Positions 25,501 to 37,500 of a stretch of 64,000 nucleotides of DNA are shown here, in pieces. This DNA comes from Macrostomum lignano (taxonomy: Eukaryota). The position numbers and the translations under genes were made by a program. The stretch covers positions 186,001-250,000 of the forward strand of contig NIVC01000980.1 of the NCBI GenBank assembly GCA_002269645.1. The letters run 5' to 3'. Numbering within the stretch: the stretch's first letter is position 1; the number at the start of each line of letters is the position of its first letter. Under the pieces are notes generated by a model. That model made no database searches and was not told the DNA's origin. It saw only the letters and a program-made list of their open reading frames with translations.

Positions 25501-28500
25501 CTGACAGCTGACAAGTGTCGTCCCTTATACCCTGTCCCTGACATCCCTGACATCCCTGACATCTGACAAGTGTCGTCCCTTATACCCTGTCCCTGACATC
25601 CCTGACATCCCTGACATCTGACAAGTGTCGTCCCTTATACCCTGTCCCTGGCATCCCTGACATCTGACAAGTGTCGGCCCTCACACCCATCCCTGACAGC
25701 TGACACCCTGGCACTCAAAGCAATACAATCTATATATTAGCTATACACTATCTAGTAGTCCTTGATTAAAGCAGGCGTAGAATTGACTAACCGCTACTAC
25801 TGGGGAGCCGAAGAACAGAACAATGACTCTTCTCATATCGATCTGCAGCGGCTAGTTTTACAGACGGTGCATGCAGTAGCTCGCCAGTGCTGCTCGCTTT
25901 AATGTCCTGGCTCTCTGTCGTTCGCTCTGACAGACAAATGCGAAAACTGGTCTCAGACTGGCTTCTCCCGCTTGCTTGACTAACAGCTAACTTAGGCGAA
26001 TCGAGATCAGTAGGTCTTAGTGCGCCGATACAATTTAGTTGGTCTGTCGACTGTCGGTGGAATTTTTAGGCGTAAAAAGTGCAGTCATAAGAAGAAAGAA
26101 GTAAAATATAGTTGCTTACTAATGTACTAATATTCTTATACTGAACACAGCTAAGTTTTCTGACTCACATCTGACCCGTCTGAGAGTTGTCTGACCCCTC
26201 TTAGAGTTGTCTGACCCCTCTTAGAGTTGTCTGACCCGTCTGAGAGTTGTCTGACCCATCTTAGAGTTATCCGACCAACTTGAAATTTATCTGACCCATC
26301 TGGTTGTTTTGTGTATCTGACCCACTTTAAGAGATTTCTGACCCCATGTTAAGTTGTCTGACCACTCCTCTTTAGGGTCACCATCTAATCTATTTTTTTG
26401 AAAATAATTACTATTCGTACTTTGAAAAGCATTACTAATGTTGACTGCACTATGACTACAATTTGAGTGTAATACTTCTGTCTCAATAGTTCTTTTGAGA
26501 ACTGTTTACAAATTATTTTTACTGATAAACTTTTACACACGCGCCAATTTGTTGCAGGCAATTGTCTTCGAAGAACTTCTAGTTGGCAGTCTGCCGCCAA
26601 AGATTTTGTATGCTACCGCGAAGCATTGTGACGACACTCACAACTTGGTAAATTAAACTCCAAGCCCTTACCACTTGCTTAGTTAAGGCGGAGTGAGGTG
26701 GGGTTGTCAGTGCTAAATTTACTAGCCCATCAAGATAAAGACGGCGGGAGGTGGGCGTCAGTTTTAAATTTTAGGGCAATTAAGCTAAATAAAAGCGGAG
26801 TGAGGTGTGCGTCAGTTCTAAATTTACTGGCCAATCAAGATAAGAGTGGAGTGAGGTGGTTGTCAGAAACTATTGTACTAGTGTGTTTCAACATCAACTT
26901 ATAAGATTTTATGCTTTCTCAACAAAATTGAACAAAACTCCCTTGACTCCGCGTCGCCAGGCCATCAACCTGCGAGTTCAAGCCGAAGAGCTTCGAATGA
27001 AAATTCTGTTGCCGAATTCGCCAAATCGACGCAACTGCGAAGTGATGCTCACTGACGTTAACTGCTGCGTAAGAATCTACAATGTATATGAGCTACAAAA
27101 CTTGTATACCACACTCACTTTGTAGGTCTGCATCTATAACTAAGTGAGTCAGCATCCCAAGTTTATTGGGCCAGCATCCCCAGTTTAGTAGGTCAGCCTG
27201 CAAGGCCTCCAAGCTTTCGAGCAGTTTAGTTGCTACCCGAGACTCAAGCGACATGGGCGTGGCCGTGTAATCTCACCTTCCCCCCCTTTTTCCTCCCAGT
27301 TGCAGAGTCGGCCCTATGCAGGCTCTCCTCATTTTTTATTCAGCAAAGAAGATAAAAAAATTTCATTTAAACTCCCAATCTTTGATCCTAGTCAGACATT
27401 CGATTAGATTTTGAGGATTTTTCCAAGGGATTTTCCTCCCCCCGACAAATGCTTCGCTATAAAGGCGTGCTCAGACCCGATCGCTGGCGGTGTCAACTGT
27501 CATCCGAGAGAGGCGAACACGTTCGGGATTAGCTGAGCAGGCACGTTTCTCTTTGAATATGTCCTCTCGGCCCACAGGTCCTACCATGTAGACTCTAGGG
27601 GCTTTACCACAAATTTAGGGCGCAACCTGGGTTTTTTTAATTGAAGTGGTGGGCGTCTCTAAGGGGCACAAATTTTATTTTTGGTCGCTTTAGCGCCAGG
27701 GACTTTAGCACCAGGGGCTTTAGCACCAGGGCTTTAGCACCAGGGCATCATTCATTTTACTACAATCTATTGCAATGATAGTAATTGTGTATATGGTTTT
27801 GGAGGTAGACAATGCAATACAAAGAGTTGCATTTAAGAAGTCCTGTTTAGGAGCGTCGACATTAAGCAGCAATCGCTGTCGCCCATATTAGCTGCAGTTT
27901 CTATGGGAAATTTCTACGGGAATACTCGCATGGGAAAGGCAATTAGCAACTGTTGTGAGTCCCTGCCCTCTCCGTGCCTTCGCATTTGAGAGATTTTCTC
28001 GCAGAATTAAAAATATAAATGCTGTTTACACATTTTCTGACCCTGGCGGGGGGGGGGGCAGAGACGGTTGGGTTTGGATAAATTTAGCAGTCAGAAGAAG
28101 AGGAGATAGCGCTAATCAGGAGGATCAGCCTTATCCGTTCGACTCGTTCGAGCAGGCTAAATCGAACTCGCTCCCACCCTGTTTTGCGGAGCCGCTTTGT
28201 CAACAGTGCTGTTTTTTTTTAACATAAAGCAATACTCAAGCACAGAGGCCTGTGTACTTATCATCAGTGTGCGCACATTCTCCAACACAGAGGCCTGTGT
28301 ACTTATCATCAATGTGCGCACATGCTCCATTCTCCAACACAGAGGCCTGTGTACTTATCATCAATGTGCGCACATGCTCCAACACAGAGGCCTGTGTACT
28401 TATCATCAATGTGCGCACATGCTCCAACACAGAGGCCTGTGTACTCATCATCAGTGTGCGCACATGCTCCATTCTCCAACACAGAGGCCTGTGTACTTAT

Positions 28501-31500
28501 CATCAGTGTGCGCACATGCTCCATTCTCCAACACAGAGGCCTGTGTACTTATCATCAGTGTGCGCACATGCTCCATGCTCCAACACAGAGGCCTGTGTAC
28601 TTATCATCAGTGTGCGCACATGCTCCATTCTCCAACACAGAGGCCTGTGTACTTATCATCAGTGTGCGCACATGCTCCAACACAGAGGCCTGTGTACTTA
28701 TCATCAGTGTGCGCACATGCTCCATTCTCCAACACAGAGGCCTGTGTACTTATCATCAGTGTGCGCACATGCTCCATGCTCCAACACAGAGGCCTGTGTA
28801 CTTATCATCAGTGTGCGCACATGCTCCATTCTCCAACACAGAGGCCTGTGTACTTATCATCAGTGTGCGCACATGCTCCATTCTCCAACACAGAGGCCTG
28901 TGTACTTATCATCAGTGTGCGCATATGCTCCAACACAGAGGCCTGTGTACTTATCATCAGTGTGCGCATATGCTCCAACACAGAGGCCTGTGTACTTATC
29001 ATCAATGTTCGCATACTTAGAAGTCACCGTCTTTATGGAATATTTTTATGGCAAAATTAACATTAAAATTCGCACATTTTATTACCAACCAGTCCAGTTG
29101 TTTTAGAAAAGTCCTTGTTTTTTTTAAAACTGTCCCTTCCAGGTTCAAGCCGAGCTTCGTCTTTGCCGCCGCGGATTCAACGGCTCCCTGCGTCTGGCCG
29201 AGCTGCCAGAAGGCTGCGCCTCTGTCCGGCTCCTGCCCGGCGCGCCTGCGGCGGCAGCGGCGGCTGAAAATCCCGACGACTGGATTGGCCGTCAGGTTGT
29301 GGCCGCGATCGCCGCCGCGGTCACCGAGATTTCCACGGCACCGGCTGGCGAGACGGCTGCCACCACCGCTGCCACCGCTGCCGTGTCGGCAGATGGCGAC
29401 GCTAGCATTGATGCCGCCGCTACGTCAAGTCCGCCTCCGACGCCGTTGCCGACAACGCCCCCGCCGAGGCCGCCGCCGCCTACGCGGACATCGGTGTCCT
29501 CGTCAACCTCTTCGGCCGCGCGACCGCCGCCGTCGCCGCTGCAGCATCAACAGCAGCAGCCAATCAGCCCGATTGTGACTCCCATCGACTACGAGGTGAG
29601 GCAGTAAATTGAAGCTCGGGTTTCTTTTTTTCAAAGGGTGGGGCAAATCATCCTGTCTCGACTCTCGAGCCAGAGCATCCGGGTTCGATTCCATGCGCGG
29701 TCACCTTGATTTGGGGCTTCTGCACAAAAAATTCGCCTGGGTTGTCACCAATGAGGGCCATCGATTGTGATTAGCTAAAAAGTGTCACAGGAGAAGCTGA
29801 TAGCTAGGGTTAGACAGTAATTAAGGTCGTAGCCGATCAGAGAGCCGGGAGAAGGAGAGAGATTGATAGCTAAGGTTAGACAGTAAGCGATGTCGTAGCC
29901 AATCAGAGGCCAGGAGAAGGAGATAGACTGGTAGCTAGGGTTAGACAGTAAGTAAGATCTTAGCCAATCAGAGAGCCGGGAGAAGGGGAGAGACTGGTAG
30001 CTAGGGTTAGACAGTAAGTAAGGTCGTAGCCAATCAGAGAGCCGGGAGAAGGGGAGAGACTGGTAGCTAGGGTTAGACAGTAAGCGATGTCGTAGCCAAT
30101 CAGAGGCCGGGAGGAGGATAGAGACTGGTAACTGCTTAAAATAGGTTTCATTATGTTGAAATCTGAAATAACAAATGTGCTTTAAAAATATGGAATAGAA
30201 GAGTAAGACTTTTGTTTTCTTTCAGCCACGCGATCAGCCAAAATCTCTCAATCGCACCGTAAATCGGTGCCAGAAGTCAGCTACAGGACCAGCAGCTAGT
30301 GCTAAGGTCCGTTGTGCAGTTGCAGGCTTTAGCCCTAGCAACTTCCAACCATGATTTTGTGCTTATGGCATTTCCTTGCGTCCCCGTTCCAAGATTGGTG
30401 TAGTTTGTTCGAGTGTATTTGATCGCGTCTTCATTATCTAAGATTGACACATTTTTAATGACTTAATTTTCGTTCCACTGCAAAACTCCTGTCTTGTGTA
30501 CTTTTCGCTATCAGAGGTCTTATACTTTTTTGAAAGCACAGTGTTGTCAAATTAGTTGTGTTATGTTATGTACCTTGATTGTTAAACACAAAAAATTTGC
30601 ACGCAAAAATCCAGTTTCTTCTTCGCTAGAGACTTTTTCAGTAGTATTTGTGCACTAGAGTACTGTGCTCAACCTTTTGTTGGGATTCTCAAAATTTTCG
30701 AGGTAGTTACAGGGTTCAATGATTTGCTGATAGACTAAAGTTTTAGTTTGAACTGTTTCGTGGTTATAGTGCGTGTGCGTACATTGAGGGATAGACTTCG
30801 TTTTGGAGCGTGTGCGTACATTGAGGGATACACTTCGTTTTGGAGCGTGTGCGTACATTGAGGGATAGACTTCGTTTTGGAGCGTGTGCGTACATTGAGG
30901 GATAGACTTCGTTTTGGAGCGTGTGCGTACATTGAGGGATAGACTTCGTTTTGGAGCGTGTGCGTACATTGAGGGATAGACTTCGTTTTGGAGCGTGTGC
31001 GTACTTTGAGGGATAGACTTCGTTTTGGAGCGTGTGCGTACATTGAGGGATAGACTTCGTTTTGAAGCGTGTGCGTACATTGAGGGATAGACTTCGTTTT
31101 GGAGCGTGTGCGTACATTGAGGGATAGACTTCGTTTTGAAGCGTTGCGTACATTGAGAATTAGACTTCGTTTTGGAGCGTGTGCGTACATTGAGGGATAG
31201 ACTTCGTTTTGAAGCGTGTGCGTACATTGAGGGATAGACTTCGTTTTGGAGCGTGTGCGTACATTGAGGGATAGACTTCGTTTTGGAGCGTGTGCGTACA
31301 TTGAGGGATAGACTTCGTTTTGGAGCGTGTGCGTACATTGAGGGATAGACTTCGTTTTGGAGCGTGTGCGTACATTGAGGGATAGACTTCGTTTTGGAGC
31401 GTGTGCGTACATTGAGAGATAGACTTCGTTTTGGAGCGTGTGCGTACATTGAGGGATAGACTTCGTTTTGGAGCGTGTGCGTACATTGAGGGATAGACTT

Positions 31501-34500
31501 CGTTTTGGAGCGTGTGCGTACATTGAGGGATAGACTTCGTTTTGGAGCGTGTGCGTACATTGAGGGATAGACTTCGTTTTGGAGCGTGTGCGTACATTGA
31601 GGGATAGACTTCGTTTTGGAGCGTGTGCGTACATTGAGGGATAGACTTCGTTTTGGAGCGTGTGCGTACATTGAGAGATAGACTTCGTTTTGGAGCGTGT
31701 GCGTACATTGAGGGATAGACTTCGTTTTGGAGCGTGTGCGTACATTGAGGGATAGACTTCGTTTTGGAGCGTGTGCGTACATTGAGGGATAGACTTCGTT
31801 TTGGAGCGTGTGCGTACATTGGGGGACAGACTGGGCTTTCGGGTATTTTCATAAGCTGAGGGAAAGGCTGCTGAGGGAGCTAGTTTCCTTACATGGTACC
31901 ATGATTTTCTTCACACCGTCACACACACAGCTCGCTAGCTCAGCGCTTCGACCTTTGGCTCTGACACCGGCTGGTAACAGCGGTAATGGCGGCGTCGGCG
32001 GCGACGGCAGACGCCTCCTAGTCAAAGTTGTGAAGGCTGGCGGCCTCCATGGTGCCGTCAGCAGCTTTGGAGGTGTTCCATCGCATCGACCTGCTGCGCA
32101 GCTGCTGACGAGAGCGATAGTTGAACTGGACAAGCCACAACAGCGGCACGAGACCGGGGGTGTGTACGGCTCCACCAACCCCTACTGGGACCAGCACTTC
32201 GTCTTGTGAGTTGAGGAAGCGCTATTTATAAGCTATGGATGTTGTAGATGCTGTAAATGCTGTAGGTGCTGTAGATGCTGTCAGGTGCTGTAGATGCTGT
32301 AGATGCTGTCAGGTGCTGTAGGTGCTGTAGATGCTGTCAGGTGCTGTAGGTGCTGTAGATGCTGTAAATGCTGTAGATGCTGTAAATGCTGTAGGTGCTG
32401 TAGATGCTGTAGATGCTGTAGGTGCTGTAGGTGCTGTAGGTGCTGTAGATGCTGTAGGTGCTGTAGGTGCTGTAGGTGCTATAGATGCTGTAGGTGCTGT
32501 TGATACTGTAGATGCTGTAGGTGCTGTAGATGCTGTAGGTGCTGTAGAGGTTGATGTGGCTGTAAAATTCTGTAGATACTGTAGTTGCCAGAAATGTATT
32601 TGATGCTCTTTCACCTACCATAGCAACCAGCGCTTGTTGTCCCTTCCCTACTCGCAGCTCGCTGAGTCCCGAGTCCACCAGCCTCAGCATCCGCGTGCTT
32701 CATCAGCTGGCAGCCAACGGTGCCGGCTCCGAGGAGTTGCTCGGTGCCGCTGCGCTTCCGCTGTCGCTGCTGCCGCCAACCGGGGCCAGAGTTCTGCAAC
32801 CGCTGCGGCCGCCCGGTCTCTGGCCGGCGTCTCCGTCTGGCCAGCCTCTGCCCTCCATCACCCTGGAGTTGCTGTTTGTTGCCGAGCCCGTCCATCGGGA
32901 AGCTCTTCGAACTGGTGAGGAGGAATTGGCGCCGGTTGCCGCCGGCACTGAGAAACAAATCGGCAACTTCACGCCTAGCAGCTCCGGCGTGGTGTCCAGC
33001 AGCGGCTCTTTGTCGCCTGCGGACACTCTGGCGCCGCCGCCTGCGCCTCCGCCGCCAACAGTGGAGGTGACCCCGGCAGCAGAGGTTGTTGCAACGGGAG
33101 AGGCCTCGTTGAGAAGTGAGAATTTCGAACTAGCTTACTTTTTCTTAGCGCGCACTTCACAGAAAACCCTAATAGTATTAGCAGTAGTATGTGAAGCACT
33201 ATTTCGTCGTTTCAAAAAATCCCTGATTTTATCGTGTCCTCGCCAAAGATGCTTTCATAACTGGATGAGTCGCTTCGATATTTTCTTGGCGAAACAGTTT
33301 CTCTACTTTCAATCCAGTAGTAAGAAAGAATGCGTAAACTGTTTTATAAAAAGAAAGGCAGTTGGAGTGACTGGCTGCCGTAAACAGCTTCTTGCTAATT
33401 GGTGCAGCCGTAATGTACATTGGCCCAGGCCCACTGAAATGTACATGGCAGGCAGTTTTAGGCTAGGAAGGCAATAAAACTGGGCGGTAAGGGCCGGGGT
33501 TTGGTGTGAAAAGACGCTGTTGGAGGGGTTCAGTGAGGGAGTGAGAGGGGTAATTGATAAGTTGTCCTAAAATACATTAAAATGCTTCTATTTAACTTTA
33601 CTACTGAACTAGCAGTAGCTTACACGCAAATGTGCTGAGTGGCCCATTCAGCTATTATAGCATCTGTGGTTCTAGCTAATTATCGGATCGCCTTTTCTGT
33701 ACATGAAAACTTAACTCTGTCAAAAACGATAAACGCAAAACAATCGTTCGTTAGGCAGCAAAGCCACTCTGACTGCTTCTAGGAGAAGCAGCAGAAGCAG
33801 CAAAAGCAGCAATTACTTGGACGAAGAGTTGGACGATTTTCTCAACAAGTCTCGTGAGCAGCTGAACAAAGACTTGGCCTCTCGGAGCCTGGCCTTTGGC
33901 TGCCATTATGCCCGCATGCGATGGCTTAGTTTTCCTTGGTTTTATTAGAATGCTTTCAGCGTTTTTGGCCCGGTTATCAATGTTTATTTTAATTCTTTTT
34001 TATTGCTAAACTGACTACCGCAGCAGATATAGTTTACCTAAAATCACCAGCTTTCTTGCCAGCCTGTTCGCTTTTTTAAAGGTCGCTGCAAGTAGTAGGC
34101 TTAGCGCATGGCGGGAGAATTTATATTACAAATGCTTAATAAAATTTCTTACTGGCGCGACTGGAATTTTCTAGAATTTTCTCTATTATTTTCTATTACA
34201 GATTTTCCACTCAAGTTTATTTTAAAATTTTGAGTTTTTATTTTGTGTTCCACATAGGATTCGAACCAAGGACCGGTTTATTAAATGGAAATCATTCTTA
34301 CCGCCAAGCAAATTTAACTCTAACTAGCGAGTTGACTTAGATGCGATTTTAACGAATAATTCTCTCTAATCCGCAGGCTCCTCGCTGTCTCGCGTAGTTG
34401 ACGAGTTCATGACCTCGCCAGATATTTCCTATCAATTGTCGTCATTTTCTCAGTCCACGCTAAATGGCGAGTCGAGAGGTGAGCTTGAGCAATTCCTGCG

Positions 34501-37500
34501 TTATAATAAGCTTTTTAAAAAAAATATTGCAGTGGTAGAGTAGTAGAATTTTTTCTTAGTTATAATTAATTAATTAGTAAAGCCATAAAGCAACCGAATG
34601 ATGCTACATACCGTTAATTTGTTTGTTTGTTTAGCCATGTCCAGTACAGAGCTTGAGGATCAGGTGTTCGACAGCAATATAAGGCCTGATTACGTAAGTT
34701 CCAGTGTTACAAGCTTTAGATTTTAGCGAGAGTTTTATTCTAACAAAGTGATGGAGATTTTTTAGCTGCATGATGCTTAATCTCTTTTTCTGGTTTTCTG
34801 GAGGTGACGCACTGAAGGGTCTGAGGGGTGCAGGCGACACACCGAGAGGTCTGAGGGCGGAGGGGTGCAGACGACACAGTGAGGGGTCTGAGGGGAGGGT
34901 TGGAGACGACACAGTGAGGGGTCTGAGGGGAGGGGTGGAGACGACACAGTGAGGGGTCTGAGGGGAGGGGTGGAGACGACACAGTGAGGGGTCTGAGGGG
35001 AGGGGTGGAGACGACACAGTGAGGGGTCTGAGGGGTGGAGACGACACAGTGAGGGGTCTGAGGGGAGGGGTGGAGACGACACAGTGAGGGGTCTGAGGGC
35101 GGAGGGGTGGAGACGACACAGTGAGGGGTCTGAGGGCGGAGGGGTGGAGACGACACAGTGAGGGGTCTGAGGGCGGAGGGGTAGAGACGACACAGTGAGG
35201 TGTCTGAGGGCGGAGGGGTGGAGACGACACAGTGAGGGGTCTGAGGGGGGAGGGGTGGAGACGACACAGTGAGGGGTCTGAGGGCGGAGGGGTGGAGACG
35301 ACACAGTGAGGGGTCTGAGGGCGGAGGGGTGGAGACGACACAGTGAGGGGTCTGAGGGGGAGGGGTAGAGGCGACACACTGAGGTGTCTGAGGGGGGAGG
35401 GGTGGAGGCGACACACTGAGGTGTCTGAGGGGGGAGGGGTGGAGACGACACAGTGAGGGGTCTGAGGGGGAGGGGTAGAGGCGACACACTGAGGTGTCTG
35501 AGGGGGAGGGGTGGAGGCGACACACTGAGGTGTCTGAGGGGGAGGGGTAGAGGCGGCACACTGAGGTGTCTGAGGGGGGAGGGGTGGAGGCGACACACTG
35601 AGGTGTCTGAGGGGGAGGGGTAGAGGCGACACAGTGAGGGGTCTGAGGGGGAGGGGTAGAGGCGACACACTGAGGTGTCTGAGGGGGGAGGAGTGGAGGC
35701 GACACACTGAGGTGTCTGAGGGGGAGGGGTGGAGGCGACACACTGAGGTGTCTGAGGGGGAGGGGTAGAGGCGACACACTGAGGTGTCTGAGGGGGGAGG
35801 GGTGGAGGCGACACACTGAGGGGTCTGAGGGGGAGGGGTAGAGGCGACACACTGAGGTGTCTGAGGGGGGAGGGGTGGAGGCAACACACTGAGGTGTCTG
35901 AGGGGGAGGGGTGGAGGCGACACAGATTTCACCCTGATCCGATGATTATAAAGCATAATTAATATTTTATCAGTAACTACTCTGTTTTTGAGTCGCAATT
36001 TTAACAATTTCTAATCGCGAATTGCATAAGTAATTGCATATTTTTAATTGCTAATAAAGTATTGCCAAATTTATCAAATTTTCGCATATTTAATATTAGC
36101 CAACTGCACTTCGTAACAAAAAGCATGTTATGAATATCAAATCATAATATAGTCTAAATGCCTGACAACATTAACACTAATTGGTGAATCACTACGCCGC
36201 ATGCAGGCAGGAGCTCTGACAGACAGCAGTATCACCAACATGCGAACGCTCTTAGCTCTTGGTTTCTGCATCCTAGTAAATCGGTAACCAATTTTATTCT
36301 TAACACCTTATCCTTGATAGCTCTCGTCTTGCGGTTTATGATCGTTGATAAATTAGAACTTTATGACTGTTCTCTCTCAGATGTCAATCGTTTAGTAAGC
36401 TTGCACATGTGTGCACTTGCTAGTCACGGTCCAGCACCAACCTTGTGTTAGATTGTTTCGTGATAGTCTTTTACTATTAAATAAATATGTTGATGGGTTT
36501 AAAAAATTCTGTACAATTAAAGTTTACTTGCACACATGAGTGTTGAAGTGCGTGTGAGCTTGTGTGTGTTATTAGCCACGCTTTGCATTATCCTATGCAA
36601 GTAGACAAACTTCAGAACCATCAAGATTATTATTTAGTTGGCCAGCAACTAACGGACATAATAATAATAAATAGTAATGAATAGTAATAATAATAATAAT
36701 GGTAATAATAATTATTATAAAATAATAATCATAAATCATTACACCTGCCCTAATAGGCAGATGTGCAACCGACAGCTCAGCCGCAGCTATTGCACGGCGC
36801 ATCTGAAGGCTGCGTACGGCTGTTCAGTCCAAGGACTGGGGGGGGGGGGGTCGCCACACAAACCCTCAATTACCCCAGCCACCCATTTTACAGGTGGGTG
36901 AACTGAAGCAATGCAGATTTAAATGTCTTGCTCAAGGACACAAATTGTTTCAGTGGGATCGGGAATCGAACCCCCAACCTTGAAAGTCGGGAGTCCGACG
37001 CTCCAACCACTAGGCTTTAAACTATGTTTAGGGTTTTAGGGTTTAAAGACTGGTCAGTCTACTGAAGAGTAGCAAGTAAAACATGCGACGTAATTTATGC
37101 AAAGCAGACTGCTCACTGATAGAATTGGCTCATAATGTTACCATGACAACTGTTTTTGTTCAAATTCGTAAGAGCGCAGTGGCAAGCAAACTTTGCAAAC
37201 AAATTCAAACGTTTTAAAGCAATGAAACCTGTTGACCCGATAAACCAAGACCAGTGATTAGTGGCTGTTTGAGTGCACCAGAAAATCTGTGTGTTTTTTG
37301 TTTTAATTTTTGTCTTGATTCAATAAATTATTTGGAAACTCTGCCCAATTAGATTCTGCCCACAACTGTGTGCTTCTGCTAGTGCGCGATTTGTGATATT
37401 AACCAATTTCGTTTTAAACTCTGGATGGAATCAATATTGAACTTTAACAGAACGCCAACCAATAACTTGCTATTCCAGACCGAGTTTTCAAGCCTGGGAC

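Noticed and set aside
25775-28200. Extra open stretches in C2CD2-like introns (25775-25900, 27190-27280, 27460-27580, 27850-27955, 28080-28170; also 36206-36282)
   Set aside because: Not needed for the phase-consistent model and no family motifs; could be minor alternative exons but unsupported
29660-29700. tRNA-like B-box fragments (also ~13550, ~18670-18710, ~34260)
   Set aside because: Only GGTTCGA(A/T)TC-type motifs with no complete cloverleaf; probably SINE or Helitron remnants, not tRNA genes
29930-30080. AGGGTTAG telomere-like motif
   Set aside because: Single motif per 66-bp unit, not a (TTAGGG)n tract
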